Below are positions 11,641 through 24,819 of a stretch of 64,000 bases of DNA, piece after piece. Position 1 is the first letter of the stretch. Every line of letters begins with the position of its first letter. The translations under genes were made by a program, and so were the position numbers. The stretch comes from Carcharhinus longimanus (Eukaryota), in assembly GCA_030264375.1 (NCBI GenBank), contig JASCQW010000162.1:106226979-106290978 (forward strand). Direction: 5' to 3'. Under the pieces are notes generated by a model, which was not told where the DNA came from, did no database searches, and saw only the letters and a program-made list of their open reading frames with translations.

Positions 11641-14129
11641 TTTTTAAAATGTGGAAGCCAATAATCAACTTTGCACAAGTACCACTGTCACCAAATGTGA
11701 CACTCAAATGCAGTACAAGATAGTAAAGACGTCCAATCACGATCTTCTTACCACATTACAGCTGCATTTAGAAAACCCCTTGTGGGAAAAAAAATCCACT
11801 GGCATGAATCTTTTGCTCAGGATAATGTGTTACAGCTTCAAACCCTTGAGTCACCTTTAGCCCTTGTCAGCCTTAAAGTGCATACTGGCTTGACAATCTG
11901 TTCAAATTAATGACGTAGTAACAGGAGACACTGATTGCAACAGGAAAAAACAGCCATCTGGGGTTTTCCCAGAGGAGGAAAGTGAGCACAAACTTCCCAT
12001 CTGAAAACCTAAGCTAACCACTGAGCAATTTGAACCAGTCACCAGACAATTTGAACCAGTCACAATAGAAAAATCTTTATTCTGAAAGAAAGGCCACTCA
12101 AGTGTTCAATGAGTTATTTTGCCAAGAAAAGTTGGTCATAATCCTCAAAATCTTCCAACAATTTCAACTCACTTGCCCATTAAAATGATAAATTCACAAG
12201 CAGGTTAGTCCTTTTACAAACAACCAGTGTTGTTGGTTTTTCCATGCTGTTGTAGCCCTAGATTTATAATGAGTGATTCAACAATTAAGATCAGTTTTTA
12301 ATAAGAAGCCATTCAAAACTGATGGTTATAATGTCAGTGCTGTCAGAAATGTAGCCTTTAAAATTTACAAAGTGACATTGTGTTGCTGTGAAGCTCTATT
12401 GTTCACTGCCATATCCATACTGTAACTCTCGTAAACAACCCTACAATGCCTGCTGATTGAGCTAAACCACAAGTCATTAGATAGGAAGTTTAACTGTTAG
12501 TTTAGTCATAGGAGTTGCAGCCTGTTTAGAAGAGATAAGTCACAATGGACCAGGGGCAAAGAAAGATGTGTGCATGCAAGGTGAAAAATGCATTTGTTTT
12601 CATGGCAACCAAGGTTTTTGAACTTGATGTATTCTAAACACACGAACTAGCATTCAGATTTGCACAATCTCCAATTTACATGCACTTGGAGAAGTTAATA
12701 TTCTTAATCTTGAAATTAGGATTATAGTTTTTAAAATGTATTTTTGACAATGGTTTCATGGTCATCAGCAGGTTCTTAATTCCAGATTTAGGGATTTGGA
12801 ATTCCGTCTGCCAAGGCAGGATTCAAACCCAAATCCTCAGAATATTAACTAAACTTCTGGATTAATAGTCTAGTGATAATACCAATAGACCATAGCCTCC
12901 CTTTACTTAAAGCACAGGGAGAGAGACATGCAAGTAGAGTGGGTGGGATTTCCCCAGAATCTTAGACGATATTTAACTCACATATCAAATCATTACACCA
13001 CATGGCTTTCCATGAGTTCTTATGCAAAATTTGGCCACATTGTTTTGGAATCATGCAGGGAAACGGTGATGTCAAAGTTCTGCAAGTACACGTGTCAAAT
13101 AGAATTCAGGATAAAGAGCTGAGGTGGCTTAATTTGAATAAGGTACCCTTAAATCTTTGGAAGGCAAGGAATCAAAATGGGATAGAAGATCAATCGATCT
13201 GGGAATACAAAATGCCCAAATCAAAGTAGTACAGCCATGGTGCAAACCAACTATGGCTATTTAGAGAAATGGAACACTGACTGGATCAGATCACAGTTCT
13301 GGAATGCATACTCAATATAAAAAAGATGGAAGTACAGAAAGAGATTGACAATCACGTTGCATCAAGATGCAACCAGGAAAGGTTACACAAGTTGGGGCTC
13401 TGGCTTCAATAGAAGTCTTTAAAATTATGGAGGCTTGATAGTTTCCCTTGCCTTCGCTAGGTGAAAAAATCCAGAACAAAAAGTACACAAGTTTAAGACA
13501 GCCACCAACAGATCAAAGAAAGAATTCTGAAGTTTATTAATATGGAGAGCACAAGAACATAGAACACACTGCCCATGATTAAGCAGATAGCATTGATGTA
13601 CTTGAGGTTTGAGGCAGTTGTGAATGTAGGATAGTGAGATACAGGGTCAAGGCAGGAAGAGAATTTAGGATTGGGCAACAGACTTGAATGGAGTACAAAC
13701 ACTGGCATAGACCATTTGGACTTCCTTTGCAATGTATTTTCATAAAAATGTATATTTTATATCAAGGCTTCAGAAATAAAATGTAACCAAATGATACTTA
13801 ATAAAATAAAAGGAGTGCTTTTAATGTTTATGCATCTGTCATTCCATACACAAGGACCTTGAAAATTTGCAGGAAACAAAATAAACTTCATGTCTCATAA
13901 ACCAATGAAACCAAGAGATAGGTGGAAGGGTACATCTGGATGATGAACATTACAAAAGACTTTCACTCATACATACAGGGGAATTCTTTAGGGAGCTCAG
14001 AACCATGGTTTTGTGAATGGGCCAATCTGCAATTTACTGTCACCATAACAGGTTAGACTAGATTTACTTGGGAGTTAACAGTGATCTAGCTGAATTCCAA
14101 CTTGCTCAGGATCACTAGGAGCAGCAGAA

Positions 14130-14391
14130 CCATAGAACTCTACAATGAAGCGGCCATTTGGCCCATCAAATCCACACTAACTACAATCCTATCCCCATAA
14201 CCCTATGTATTTGACCCTTAGACTAGCTAGGGTAATTTAGCATGGCCAACCTTACACATCTTTGAAGTGTGGAAGAAAACCAGAAGAAACCCACACAGAC
14301 ATGAGGAGTACATGCAGAGTCTGCACAGAGTCACTAGAGGCAGGAATTGAATTTGGCTCCCTGGTGCTGAGGCAGCAGTGCTAACCACTGT
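14130..14391 (-). mobile_element. V-SINE/HE1-like SINE
   Basis: ggccatttggcccatc tail, aatttagcatggccaa, ctgaggcagcagtgctaaccactgt head. Confidence 0.7.
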
Positions 14392-15778
14392 CACTCAAAG
14401 AATTTTAGTAATAGATCCAGTAAAAAGATGTACTGTGAAAAGGAGAATGTAAATTTCAAACTCATTGGAGAGACTGATACGCAATACACAACCTGTTACT
14501 GCTCAGACCAGCACACAGCGTGGAAAATATTCTCTTCACTAGCTGAAGCAGTTAGCAATACTGCAAAGAAAATATACAGAATGCTACAGTACATGAAGAC
14601 TTTATACAAGCACCTTTTCTTTAAAGAAATGAGGGCACCCCCCTGACATGATCAATCAGGGAAAAACCAGTGTTCAGAACCTTTTCAGCTTTAGAAGAAT
14701 GAAGCTACTTCTGTGAGAACTGAGTGCATCATAAATATCAGAGGCAAGGATAATTAATGTTTACAATATTACTTGGTCAACATCTTGTAATTTTCCCCAG
14801 TGAGTTGCATCATTTTGTAGGAGAAATTCATACTGAAAACTCTCAATTTACAGGAACTGGGGTGACAGCAGGTTGGTTAAAGGATTCCCTCAAGGTTGGG
14901 ATACAGCCTGGTTAAAGGGAATTAACAAAAGGCCTGCACTTTTCAGGTTTAAAAGGAGTCCTAAATAAAATTAATAGGCCAGAGAAGATTAAAAAATGGC
15001 CATAAGCTAGAACTGAATTGACAGTGTCTGAACCAACATACATTGGGTGGCTGGTGTGGGAGAAGAGTCATTATGGTTTCAATTGGAATTCAAGTTGATA
15101 GATTTACATTTGCTTTAATTCAAGACATTGATCAATGTGAAGGGAATTTCACTGCTCAGTGTATTAATTAGCTTGTAAATTAACACGTAGACAAGACGAC
15201 TATTGGCAATACATCCTTAACACCCATTTTCTTTGCAACAAAATTTTAATCATGGAGCAATTGGCAAAATATTATGGAACTGTGAAGGACAGGGAACACT
15301 GGTGAGCTATCAGGTACAAATATTCACAATAGCACTGCAGATTAGCAGTTTAATTTTAGAACTGAAGGGTTTGAGGGATATATTGAGAAATTAAAATTAT
15401 GGTTTGGGTGGACATGTTCATTGCGCACAACATACTTCTCCCCCAAGAAACACCAAATATTTACTGAATTTTGAGGGAATTAATTATTTTCCAGTTCTGC
15501 TAAAAGCAACTTTTAGAGAAACAGCAAGTGTTCAATATTTGTTTGAAACATGTATTGGAGCATTACAGTTCTGATGCAAGAAATGTCAATTATCAGTCAA
15601 ACCTTAGGACTAGGGCTAATAAATTGTGCTGCCAGAACAGGTTTGGGCATTCTCCTGGCAGATGAGAATTGGAGACAAATGCTGGAACATCTTCTAATAC
15701 AAGAAATACATAAGAAAGAGACAATGTATAGGAAACCTGCATGGCATACAAGTAGAAAGAAATGTACCAGCAACTTAC

Positions 15779-15955
15779 CCGTAGTTCCTTTTTCAAGGCC
15801 TAATCCATAAGCAGAAACAAGACTCGTGTCGCCTGTCTGGCCAGGTTCCCCAACTCGAACCTTGAATGGACTACCAGTGATGTGACTGCCATTGAATTTG
15901 ACATCAATAAAATGGACACCATTCTCGTGAGGAATGAAGCGGATGGCATACTTGC
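15779..15955 (-). CDS. FLNB: FLNB exon 43-equivalent (177 nt)
   Basis: tacag|GC AAG TAT...ACG G|gtaagt; [39 protein letters not shown]. Confidence 0.92.
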
Positions 15956-16067
15956 CTGTAACAATGACCATAAAGGTTACACTTTTAGCAACGCACGAGC
16001 AACATTTCCACTCATTAGGTTATAAATATAAAAAGCATGCACACATACCAATGGAAAAAATCCTTAC

Positions 16068-16200
16068 CTGGCTCAATTTCAGATATATGGGTATCCTCCA
16101 CTGCCCCTGATGGACTGTGAACTTTAGCGTCAATTAAACCCTTAGCACCATTCAGTCTCACAGCAAAGGATACTGGCTGATTTACTTTTAATCCTGACTC
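16068..16200 (-). CDS. FLNB: FLNB exon 42-equivalent (133 nt)
   Basis: ttcag|GAG TCA...CCA G|gtaagg; [21 protein letters not shown]. Confidence 0.92.
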
Positions 16201-16349
16201 CTGAAGATTGAATAGTAAACACTTTATTGCACATTTAGATTCCACTGAAGCACAAGAAAAGGACTACACAAAGTTAGGCCAGAAGGTATAAAGCTTGCTT
16301 CACTTTGGCTATTGCTATACAGTGCAGTCAATGTTTACCACACTGATCC

Positions 16350-16770
16350 TGAGATGACAGGTTTGTCATAGGAGATTAAATTGGTTAGGACTATGTTTCA
16401 TTGGAGCTCAGAAGAGCGAGAGGGAATCTCAAACTTAAAATTCTAACAAGATTAGACAGCATAGATTTATTAAAAAATGTTCCTGATGGTGGGGCAGTCC
16501 AGAATAGGGGTCACTGTTTGAGGATAAGGGATGGAAGTGAGAAAATTCTTCAGAGGATGGTGAATCTGTGCAATTCACCATCACAGAAAAATAGTTGAGA
16601 CCAAAACAAATGTCTGATTTGAAGGTGGAATTAGATACATGTCTTGGGGATAAAGGGATCAAGGGAAACGGAGGGAAAGGCAAGATCAGAGTATTAATTA
16701 TCGTGGCTGATCATATTCAATTGTGGAGCAGGCTCAAAAAAAAAGGCAGAATGGCCTGCTCCTATTTTCT
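16350..16770 (+). mobile_element. Degenerate CR1 LINE 3' fragment
   Basis: agaagagcgagagggaatct...ggtgaatctgtgcaattc...gaatggcctgcctcctattttct. Confidence 0.7.
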
Positions 16771-17574
16771 ACATATTTCATTGATGGCTGACCTATATTG
16801 GAATAAGATCCTACGGCTGCAAGTTAAAGATCTAAAGCAGTTGCATTTCTTGTGTATTACTGCAGAAATAAGAGAACATAAGCATGTTAACGAGTGAAAA
16901 GAAAAGGTGACCAACTAAAATAACCTGAATCAAAACATGTAAAAACATCTCTAGTCGTGCTTTTTATAACCGAATAGAAAAAGCCCTTTGTCTGCCCTGA
17001 TAAAGGTCATTTCCTCTAGGATCAAAATTCAGCAGTTCAACTTGGCTGATAGAAATGAAGTCCAGACTTGAAATAAAAAAAAAAAATGGAGCTTCTGTTT
17101 CCAAGCTTGCTTAGACTGCGTTTAGTGAGGATGTCAATTTAGTTGACAAGCAAGCTGATTAAATCCCATTCAGCACAAGAGGTCTTGTGCATGGATCAGA
17201 GAATCAGCAGTGAGCCTATCAATTTTAAGCAGGTGAAGAAGATGGAAGCAGCCCAACTATACTGATGTACTTCAGGCATTCAAGTAGCCACCATTGGGCC
17301 TACCTCAGGTAAAAAAACCCAGGTGGGGCAGCAGCTCTCCACTGCATACAGCACCACCAAGAGCAGTGGCAGCTGCTGGTAATGCACCCAGAGGCCTAGG
17401 ATCACGACAGAACCCCAAGCCAAAAAGGTGTGTGAAGTAGAGNNNNNNNNNNNNNNNNNNNNNNNNNNNNNNNNNNNNNNNNNNNNNNNNNNNNNNNNNN
17501 NNNNNNNNNNNNNNNNNNNNNNNNNNNNNNNNNNNNNNNNNNAACCCCAAGCCTAAAAGGTGTGCGCAGTAGAG

Positions 17575-17652
17575 TTGTGGTGGCGGTGGCGGTGGCGGTG
17601 GGGGGGGGGGGGAAGGAGAAGAAGAAGAAGGAGGAAAGAGGGAGGTGGTGGA
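17575..17652. repeat. Low-complexity G-rich tract: (GGCGGT)n, poly-G, (GAA)n
   Basis: Directly visible. Confidence 0.85.
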
Positions 17653-19599
17653 AATGAAATGACCAAAGGACAGGGAGTGGCTCTGACCACAAACCACCCT
17701 CTCTTACACCCCTTCCCCCCCCCAACCCTTTCTAGTGCTAGGTTCCTTGAATAGGTTTGGAGTGCCAAACATCCAGGGAGGATGAGGACTGATCAGGGGA
17801 AGTTCCACCATCACTTGGAAACTAATTCAGGACCTTTCCAGTGATTAAATGGGCCTGGCCACCATGGTTCCTGCTGTGACAGCCCAGATTAAATTCTACC
17901 CACTGTGCCTGGTCTTAAAATGACAGATTCCCTGCAGGTAGTATTGTGCTGCACAGAATCCACCAGTAATAAACTGCCATTTGAAAGAGCTCATGCAATG
18001 TCTGGGCAGTTATAAGCTTAAAAGAACAGCTACTGATTACAAAAACTGAGGCCAATCTACTTGCAACAAAATCTCAATGCCAAAAGCATCAGAGTTCATA
18101 TCAAACCTAGTTTGAGATAAAACCATAATGAATACAAAATTAAAGATTTAATGAATTTCAACATTACCTGTTACCATTAATTTTTGCTAAAGACCTGAAG
18201 AGGGAGTTCCACCTTGTTTTCACCAAATACCAAACCATTACAAATACAACTTCAGGAACAAGCAGTCTGAGCCATTCACCAAGCACCACTGTAACAGCTG
18301 TTCACTTTTAACCAATATCAACTAAAGAACATCAGCATAAAAAAGGTTGGACTCTTAAACCTCTTCAACCTTTAACTTGTGGACAACATGCATCTTGCAG
18401 GTATGCTGTCACAAACCTTTAAATGAGACACAAGAAAAACATCCTAAATTTTTCAAGTGGCAGATGGTGAACTCCTTACACATGCAAAGGCCACACTGAT
18501 ATTTATCTCCATTTTAATGTAAATGTTGCAGAGCTTTGCAACCGGTGTTCTCAATAGGTTAGAACCAAAAAACCAGAGTTGGACCATGTAGCCCATGGAG
18601 AAAAAAGACTGCTACGGAGGAAGCATAAACTCAGACCATCTGTGTGACAAGTTGGAAACAGAGGTTCCACATGGTTTGCTGCCCCTCAGGCAAAGTTAAA
18701 TGGAAGCAGACTATATTCTACAATTGTGATTGCAAGTATAGCCAAGTTGCTGATCAAACAAATTAAGCTGATTAAATACAAAATTACAAAATTGTGGCAC
18801 AATCAAGTTTAATATTTTTTTTTAAAATGCGTGGTACTTTTCCTGGTTTAAAAATCCAATTCCTGTCATTAACCTCTTGGAATGATTTAGTTAGCGGTTT
18901 AATTCTTAAAGCATTACTTCCTTTAAATCTGCCCTCTTGGAACATATTACAAATTTTATCTATTTTATCTTACAAACTAATTCTCAACCTGTGGCATGTG
19001 AAATTTCAAGTGGTAAATTAAGATCAAATTGGATAATTTGATCAGAAAGGGCAAGAGTATCACATTAGCTTAAATTTATCTTTTTGAAAACTGGTTGTTT
19101 AAATGGTAAAACCATTTGAGTTTTTAAAAAGCTCTTATTTTCATCAATTTAAATTCTTTTTCTGCATGATCTAGGTAGCGGCAACTAACCACCATTAGTA
19201 CCATCTCTCAGAGTATTTTTTTTTAAAAAAGAGGAAGTGCACTTACTGTAGAAACCTCTGCAAACTTCACTTCATCCCAACACTGCAGCTAAAGTATAAC
19301 AACCCAGAACTGGGATGTGTATGTATTAGAGGAGAATAGTTTATTCTGCTATGGAATTAAGGGCCAAGATACATAGCACAACTGGATAAATGCAAGAAGC
19401 TGCTGAGAATGAGGGGGGGTAATTAATTCCTAACATTCACTTGCATCTGTATTCTTCTCCCTCTGACATTTCCACATTCAAGTATCACATCTTTCTAGGC
19501 AAGATATGGAACCATTTTAAATGGAGACACTTGCGAGTGTGGCCTTTGAGCGTGCAGCAGGAAACCCAGCCAGTAAGCCGATATTTTCTTATGTCTCAC

Positions 19600-19715
19600 C
19601 TGAAGACTAGCAACAGTAAGTCTGCTTGCATCCTCTGATGAAGCCAAGATGGGAACAACAAAGGGACTGCCAGGAATGTACTCGTCGTTGAACTTGATCG
19701 ACACCTCATAATCAC
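19600..19715 (-). CDS. FLNB: FLNB exon 41-equivalent (116 nt; ends in the Q/R editing codon)
   Basis: tgcag|GT GAT TAT...CTT CAG|gtgaga; [22 protein letters not shown]...LTVASLQ. Confidence 0.92.
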
Positions 19716-20214
19716 CTGCAACAAAAACACATTTAGATCAATGCTAAGTTACAAACATACTGAATCTACTAAACCAAATTTCAGATTTATTGTTCAACAC
19801 CATTAAAATTGTTGCTGCCTTCTAGGCCACAGATGCATTGCCGATACATCAGTTTGAATAAACAAAAAAGATTTTCATATTAAATTACAGGGGGTTACTA
19901 TATATTTTAGATTCAAATCTTGGATGGACTTTAGCTTTCAAGGGTTAATGGAGAACGGATTTGTAGAGAGAATGAAATCTGGCTTTCTGAAAACTATTTT
20001 TAGCAATTCAAGGTCTAGTGCTGGTAGATTATCAGAAATTCTCCTGGAAAACTTTGGCCTGAATTTCGTACTCCTTGCTTGGTGATGGAGGAAGATTTAT
20101 CCAAAATGGGGAAAGCCAGGAAAAGAACAGACTTAGATCCCAGATGGAAGACAGTAACTCCATCAGAAACCCCCTTTGTTCACAGGTGTCCCCGTACAAT
20201 GGGGTTCAGTGGCT

Positions 20215-20598
20215 GCTGGACCTCCAGAGAAGAATGAGGGGAGATCTCATTGAGACATATAAAATGATGAATGGGATGGATAAGATAGAGGTAGAGAGGC
20301 TCTTCCCACTCAGAAAGGACAGTAGGACTAGAGGGCACAGCCTCAAGATAAAGGGGGGCGGTTTAGAACAGAGTTGAGGAGGAACTTCTTCACTCAAAGG
20401 GTGGTGAATCTCTGGAATTCTCTGCCNNNNNNNNNNNNNNNNNNNNNNNNNNNNNNNNNNNNNNNNNNNNNNNNNNNNNNNNNNNNNNNNNNNNNNNNNN
20501 NNNNNNNNNNNNNNNNNNNNNNNNNNTTATTGAATGGCGGGGCAGGCTCGAGGGGCTAGATGGCCTACTCCTGCTCCTATTTCTTATGTTCTTATGTT
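20215..20598 (+). mobile_element. CR1-clade LINE 3' fragment
   Basis: ORF2 C-terminus RRMRGDLIETYKMMNG...TRGHSLK..FFTQRVVNLWNSL; tail atggcctactcctgctcctatttcttatgttcttatgttct. Confidence 0.85.
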
Positions 20599-20848
20599 CT
20601 TCCTCTCCCACCCAGCTCTCCAGTGACATCCCAATTGCCCCCTTAGGCCTTCACTATCCTCCCCACCCTGGGGGCTCTTAAAATTTGCCTCGGCCTCAGG
20701 ACTTATGCTCAGACATCTCAGTTGCTATCAAGGTGGTGGTGAGCTGTCACCTTGAGCCACTGTAATGCTGTTCTCACCAAGACCATCAAATTGAGGGGAA
20801 TTGTCCTTTGTATTATCAGCAACACTGTCAGGATTTCTACACACTCAC

Positions 20849-20986
20849 CAGGCTCTTGTGCCACGTATGACACACCACAGGATCCATCCTTCCGGTCTTC
20901 AAATGAAATCTCTGCCCTGCTGGGTCCTTCCACAGCAATGGAAAGGCCACCTGCACCTGCTTCCCGTGTCCAGATACTGAATTCAG
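20849..20986 (-). CDS. FLNB: FLNB exon 40-equivalent (138 nt; Ig21)
   Basis: tctag|CT GAA TTC...CCT G|gtgagt; [46 protein letters not shown]. Confidence 0.93.
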
Positions 20987-21947
20987 CTAGAAGGGCGAAC
21001 ATTAATTATAACCAATACTTAAATCCTCAGACAGTTGCCAACATAACTAACCTCTGCTTTTGAAAAGCTTAATATTGCAACGTGTGAAAAGATTGAAGTC
21101 ATAACTTGAGGTCTTCATTTAACTTGTGACTAGTTTGCATCAAGTTTAGACAATTCCATTTCCCAATGCATCCTGAAGATTTAGTTCAAAGCCAGTGATT
21201 CACTTATACATAACACCAGGAGACCCTTGTACTTGGATGTTTTAAAATGTACAAATAGATGAATCTTAATTATAAAGGCCCAATTTTAACTCCAGGTGAC
21301 TGGCAAATTATAAAAAAACTATTGATTTTCTCCAGAAGTCGGATTGTTTCATCTCAGTCATGAATGTCATCCAAATCTTAGTCACCAACTTTTCAGAGGG
21401 AAGGTCTACACTTATGGGGATTGGAGCACAAGTCCTGTCTCTGGCTTCACAGGTTGACCCCCACCCCCAAATTACTTCACTGGGATATGCCACTAGGATA
21501 GTCACTGTGCCTTTCCTACTCAGGCCACCAGTTAAAAGGTGTTGTCAAACAGCAATAAAGATTTGATGTGCATTTGGGAAAAAAGGACTCCACAGCACCT
21601 TTGGACAGTGCACTCAGGTTACAAAGTTGGAAACATGTGTACAGAGCAGCTGCCTACCTTGGTTTCTGGCAAGGGGCGAGTTGGTTAAAAAGCACCCTCC
21701 CTAGATGAGCTAGTAAACCAAATTTAATGTAATAACTAGAACTATTAGTCAAGCATCAAAAAAGCCTTACAGGAAAAGCAAATTGCTAAGATTACAAATT
21801 TACTGTTCCCCATATTCAAAAGTATTCCACATTAGGTATCTGTAGCGTTGACATAATCCACACACATTGCAAAGCTAACTCGACCATAATCCTTCCCACA
21901 GAAATCAGGGAAACCCACCGGTGAAAAATACATTTTCACTAACTTAC

Positions 21948-22214
21948 CTGGGACTCCCACTTCGCCTCGCTCAAGGCCAGGGCCACCAGCGCGCACTTTG
22001 AGAGCTCCTCCTTCGCCAAGGGGCCCCACAGTAAATTGGAAAGGACTGCCTGGTACATGCCGGTTCCGATACATGACACTAACTGTATGCACACCCATCT
22101 CATCCGGCACAAATCTGACACAGTACGTGTGATTGTCACTTTCAGTGATCTCAGCATCAGCCAGTTTTCCAGAGGGACTGGTCACTTGAGCAGACATGTC
22201 ACGGACATCAATTT
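21948..22214 (-). CDS. FLNB: FLNB exon 39-equivalent (267 nt)
   Basis: tatag|AA ATT GAT...CCA G|gtaagt; [15 protein letters not shown]...[26 protein letters not shown]. Confidence 0.93.
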
Positions 22215-23371
22215 CTATAGGGGGACAGTCAGTGTCAAGTTACATTCTAGACTGGAGGCACCAAAATAACTGAAAACCAATAAAATCAAGTTTAACCAAG
22301 TAGCCATATTTGCCTTGCACTGGAAAAGACTGGTTGTGTAGGATTTCATGTTTTACTAGTATTTAACTGTACATTATACGGCTTAGTGTTTTTGATACCA
22401 GGACAGACCCATCAGTTACAAGGTTGGAAAGCTTTTTTTTGCTATTCCTTCTGACAGGTCAGAAGGCAGAGCTCGAGCTTCCAACTGCTAGTGCTTAACC
22501 AGGGTTTCAGATAACAACTAAAAAAACAGCGATGTTTACAACTAAACCATGAGATATCAATGAAAGTAAAACAAACTTTGATCAAAGCATTGTGGTTGCT
22601 TGCTTACCACAATGATTTTATACAGACCACATCATAGAATGTTTAATTAAAACAACTTCATCTTCAAATTAAAATTAGTTAAACAGCAAATAGATGCTAA
22701 TTAGGTAAACAATAAGAGGAAGTCAAATTAGTAGACAGGAATTCTACATTTTGACCATGCTGAAATATGTTGGTTTCAGGACTTTTGACTCATTCTCTTT
22801 TCAATTTTACACCCCCACCCTACACCCATACATGATCCCACCCATACTTGGTTAGCAGGAAAAGGGTCATCGAGACCCAGCGCCACCTCATTATCCTGAC
22901 TGGCACTTTTCCTTGAAGTTAAAATGCATTATCTGCAGTATTTACTTCAAAATTACTTTGCAAATTATTTGTCATCAAAAGGGCTTTATTTTTCTTCAGG
23001 TCTAACATTTAAAGTTTCTCTTGGGTACTCAACTCCTACCCCAGATACTGTAATATCATATGGTATAATGCAAAGCCAGAAGGTGGCAGATTATTTTAGT
23101 ACAGTACAATGTAGACACCCATTCCATTTCCAGTCTGTACTTTCATGCTTAAGCTAGTGAGCAAATCTGCAACATAATACATTTGACTACTTTGGTTGTC
23201 TGTAGGACAGTAAGTAATTTGCAAGTAGGACAGTCCTAAGCAAATTTAAAAACTCTGCAAGGGAAGGAAATTCTTACTCATGCAACTACCATCGACAAAA
23301 GCATGCTGGCTAATTTAAAATAAGCACATTCTGCCGACCTCAGAGTCCACATGCCCAGTGCTGAAACGCAC

Positions 23372-23599
23372 CATCCGGCCTTAATGGCCATGCACTGAAC
23401 AATTTGTATTCCTCCTGGCCCAAGAGGCCAAACAGGGACGGGATAGGTCGACTTTGAACACTAGCAGGGTCCTTGGATTTTTCAAACCGATTCTGGCGGA
23501 TCTCCATTTGTTCTGCACGCAAGAAAGTGCAACTTGTCTGAAAATCTGAATGTGTGCAACAGAGGCGTTCCCGAGCCACCGTTAGTTGGAACCAAGTCA
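23372..23599 (-). CDS. FLNB: Putative cassette exon (228 nt, 76 aa) homologous to the filamin-C Ig20 insertion
   Basis: Long pyrimidine tract cctgtctctctttccttttctttcctattccactcag|TG ACT TGG; donor GAT G|gtgcgt; phase 1-1, no stops; VTWFQLTVARERL...TFLRAEQMEI...PIPSLFGLLGQE aligns by eye with recalled FLNC NWFQMVSAQERL...TYTRTERTEI...PFPAVFGDFLGRE. Confidence 0.78.
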
Positions 23600-24819
23600 C
23601 TGAGTGGAATAGGAAAGAAAAGGAAAGAGAGACAGGAAACAGTTGTATTCTAGAAGAAAAATTGAGATAGACATCTGCACTTCAGTTTTCTACATCTTCA
23701 TGCACTTCAACAAATTAACTGGTCTACACCTTATTACACATTTAAAAAAAATTAAACTAACACCCCCCTTATCCCACCCAAGACTTCACATGATTGGAAT
23801 TTAGATTTGATTTAGCCCAGAATAGTCCATGATGCTGTGGGAACTGAATTTACACAGNNNNNNNNNNNNNNNNNNNNNNNNNNNNNNNNNNNNNNNNACT
23901 TTGCACGCAAATCTCACACAAAGGAAATGCCACATGAATGCAATAAAGATCAACAATCACATTGTTCATTGTGAATAAATTGCCAAAATAGCTGACAAAA
24001 CTAGTGGGGTCAGCAGCAACTTGACGTTTTCATGATGGGCATTTGCTCTCACCACCCTTCTGCCATTTGCTCAAATTTGGCAGTGTTTTAGTGACTGGAA
24101 AGATCCCAAATTTTTAAAAATCAAAATAGTCTAACATTACAAATCACTAAATGCGATTTATGGTATCACAGCCCACAAGCTATAAACAGCTTTCAAATTT
24201 GACTATTTTTAGTGATAGGTGACAACTAACCTCCCCATCTATTTTTAATTGAATGGCTGAAACCATTATGTAAACATCTGTAAATCGTGTCAAGTTTAAA
24301 AACTGAAATGACAAATTGTTTTCCCAAGATTAGTGGAAAGGAAAAAAATAGCCTGGACAGTATTCAGAATCGCAGAAAAAGAATGCTACAACAGCACATT
24401 CCTCAAAACTGTAAACATGAACTAATTCCTCACATCATTTGTGCTCTTTAGAGATTTCAATGAGATGTATTCAGAAATAAATACAACTTCTGTTTTATTT
24501 CATTTAATCTATTAGCCATACGCTGGATTGAGTTATTAGAACTAGCGTTGGAGGATTAAAATACCATTGCACTGCACTTTTTAAAGTTTCTCTTTGTGAA
24601 AAGATTCAATTGCACAAACTGGGCGAGATGATTTGCCATCAGCCATCACTGTATTTATAATTCAGCCAACATTTAAAGTGAAGTAATGACTAACAGCCAA
24701 CTCTGTTAAACATTCTTTACTTCTGACATTTTTCAAATGCCGAGCTGACTCAATTACACAATCCAAATACTTTGAGGACAGATTCCAGCAAATGTTTGGA
24801 ATTCCTTTTTCAATCTTAC

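Noticed and set aside
12026-12063. Tandem duplication caatttgaaccagtcac x2
   Set aside because: Ordinary short local duplication with two units; not an array.
17305-17768. Poly-Pro/Arg-rich ORFs
   Set aside because: Translations of a low-complexity tract and an N gap inside an intron.
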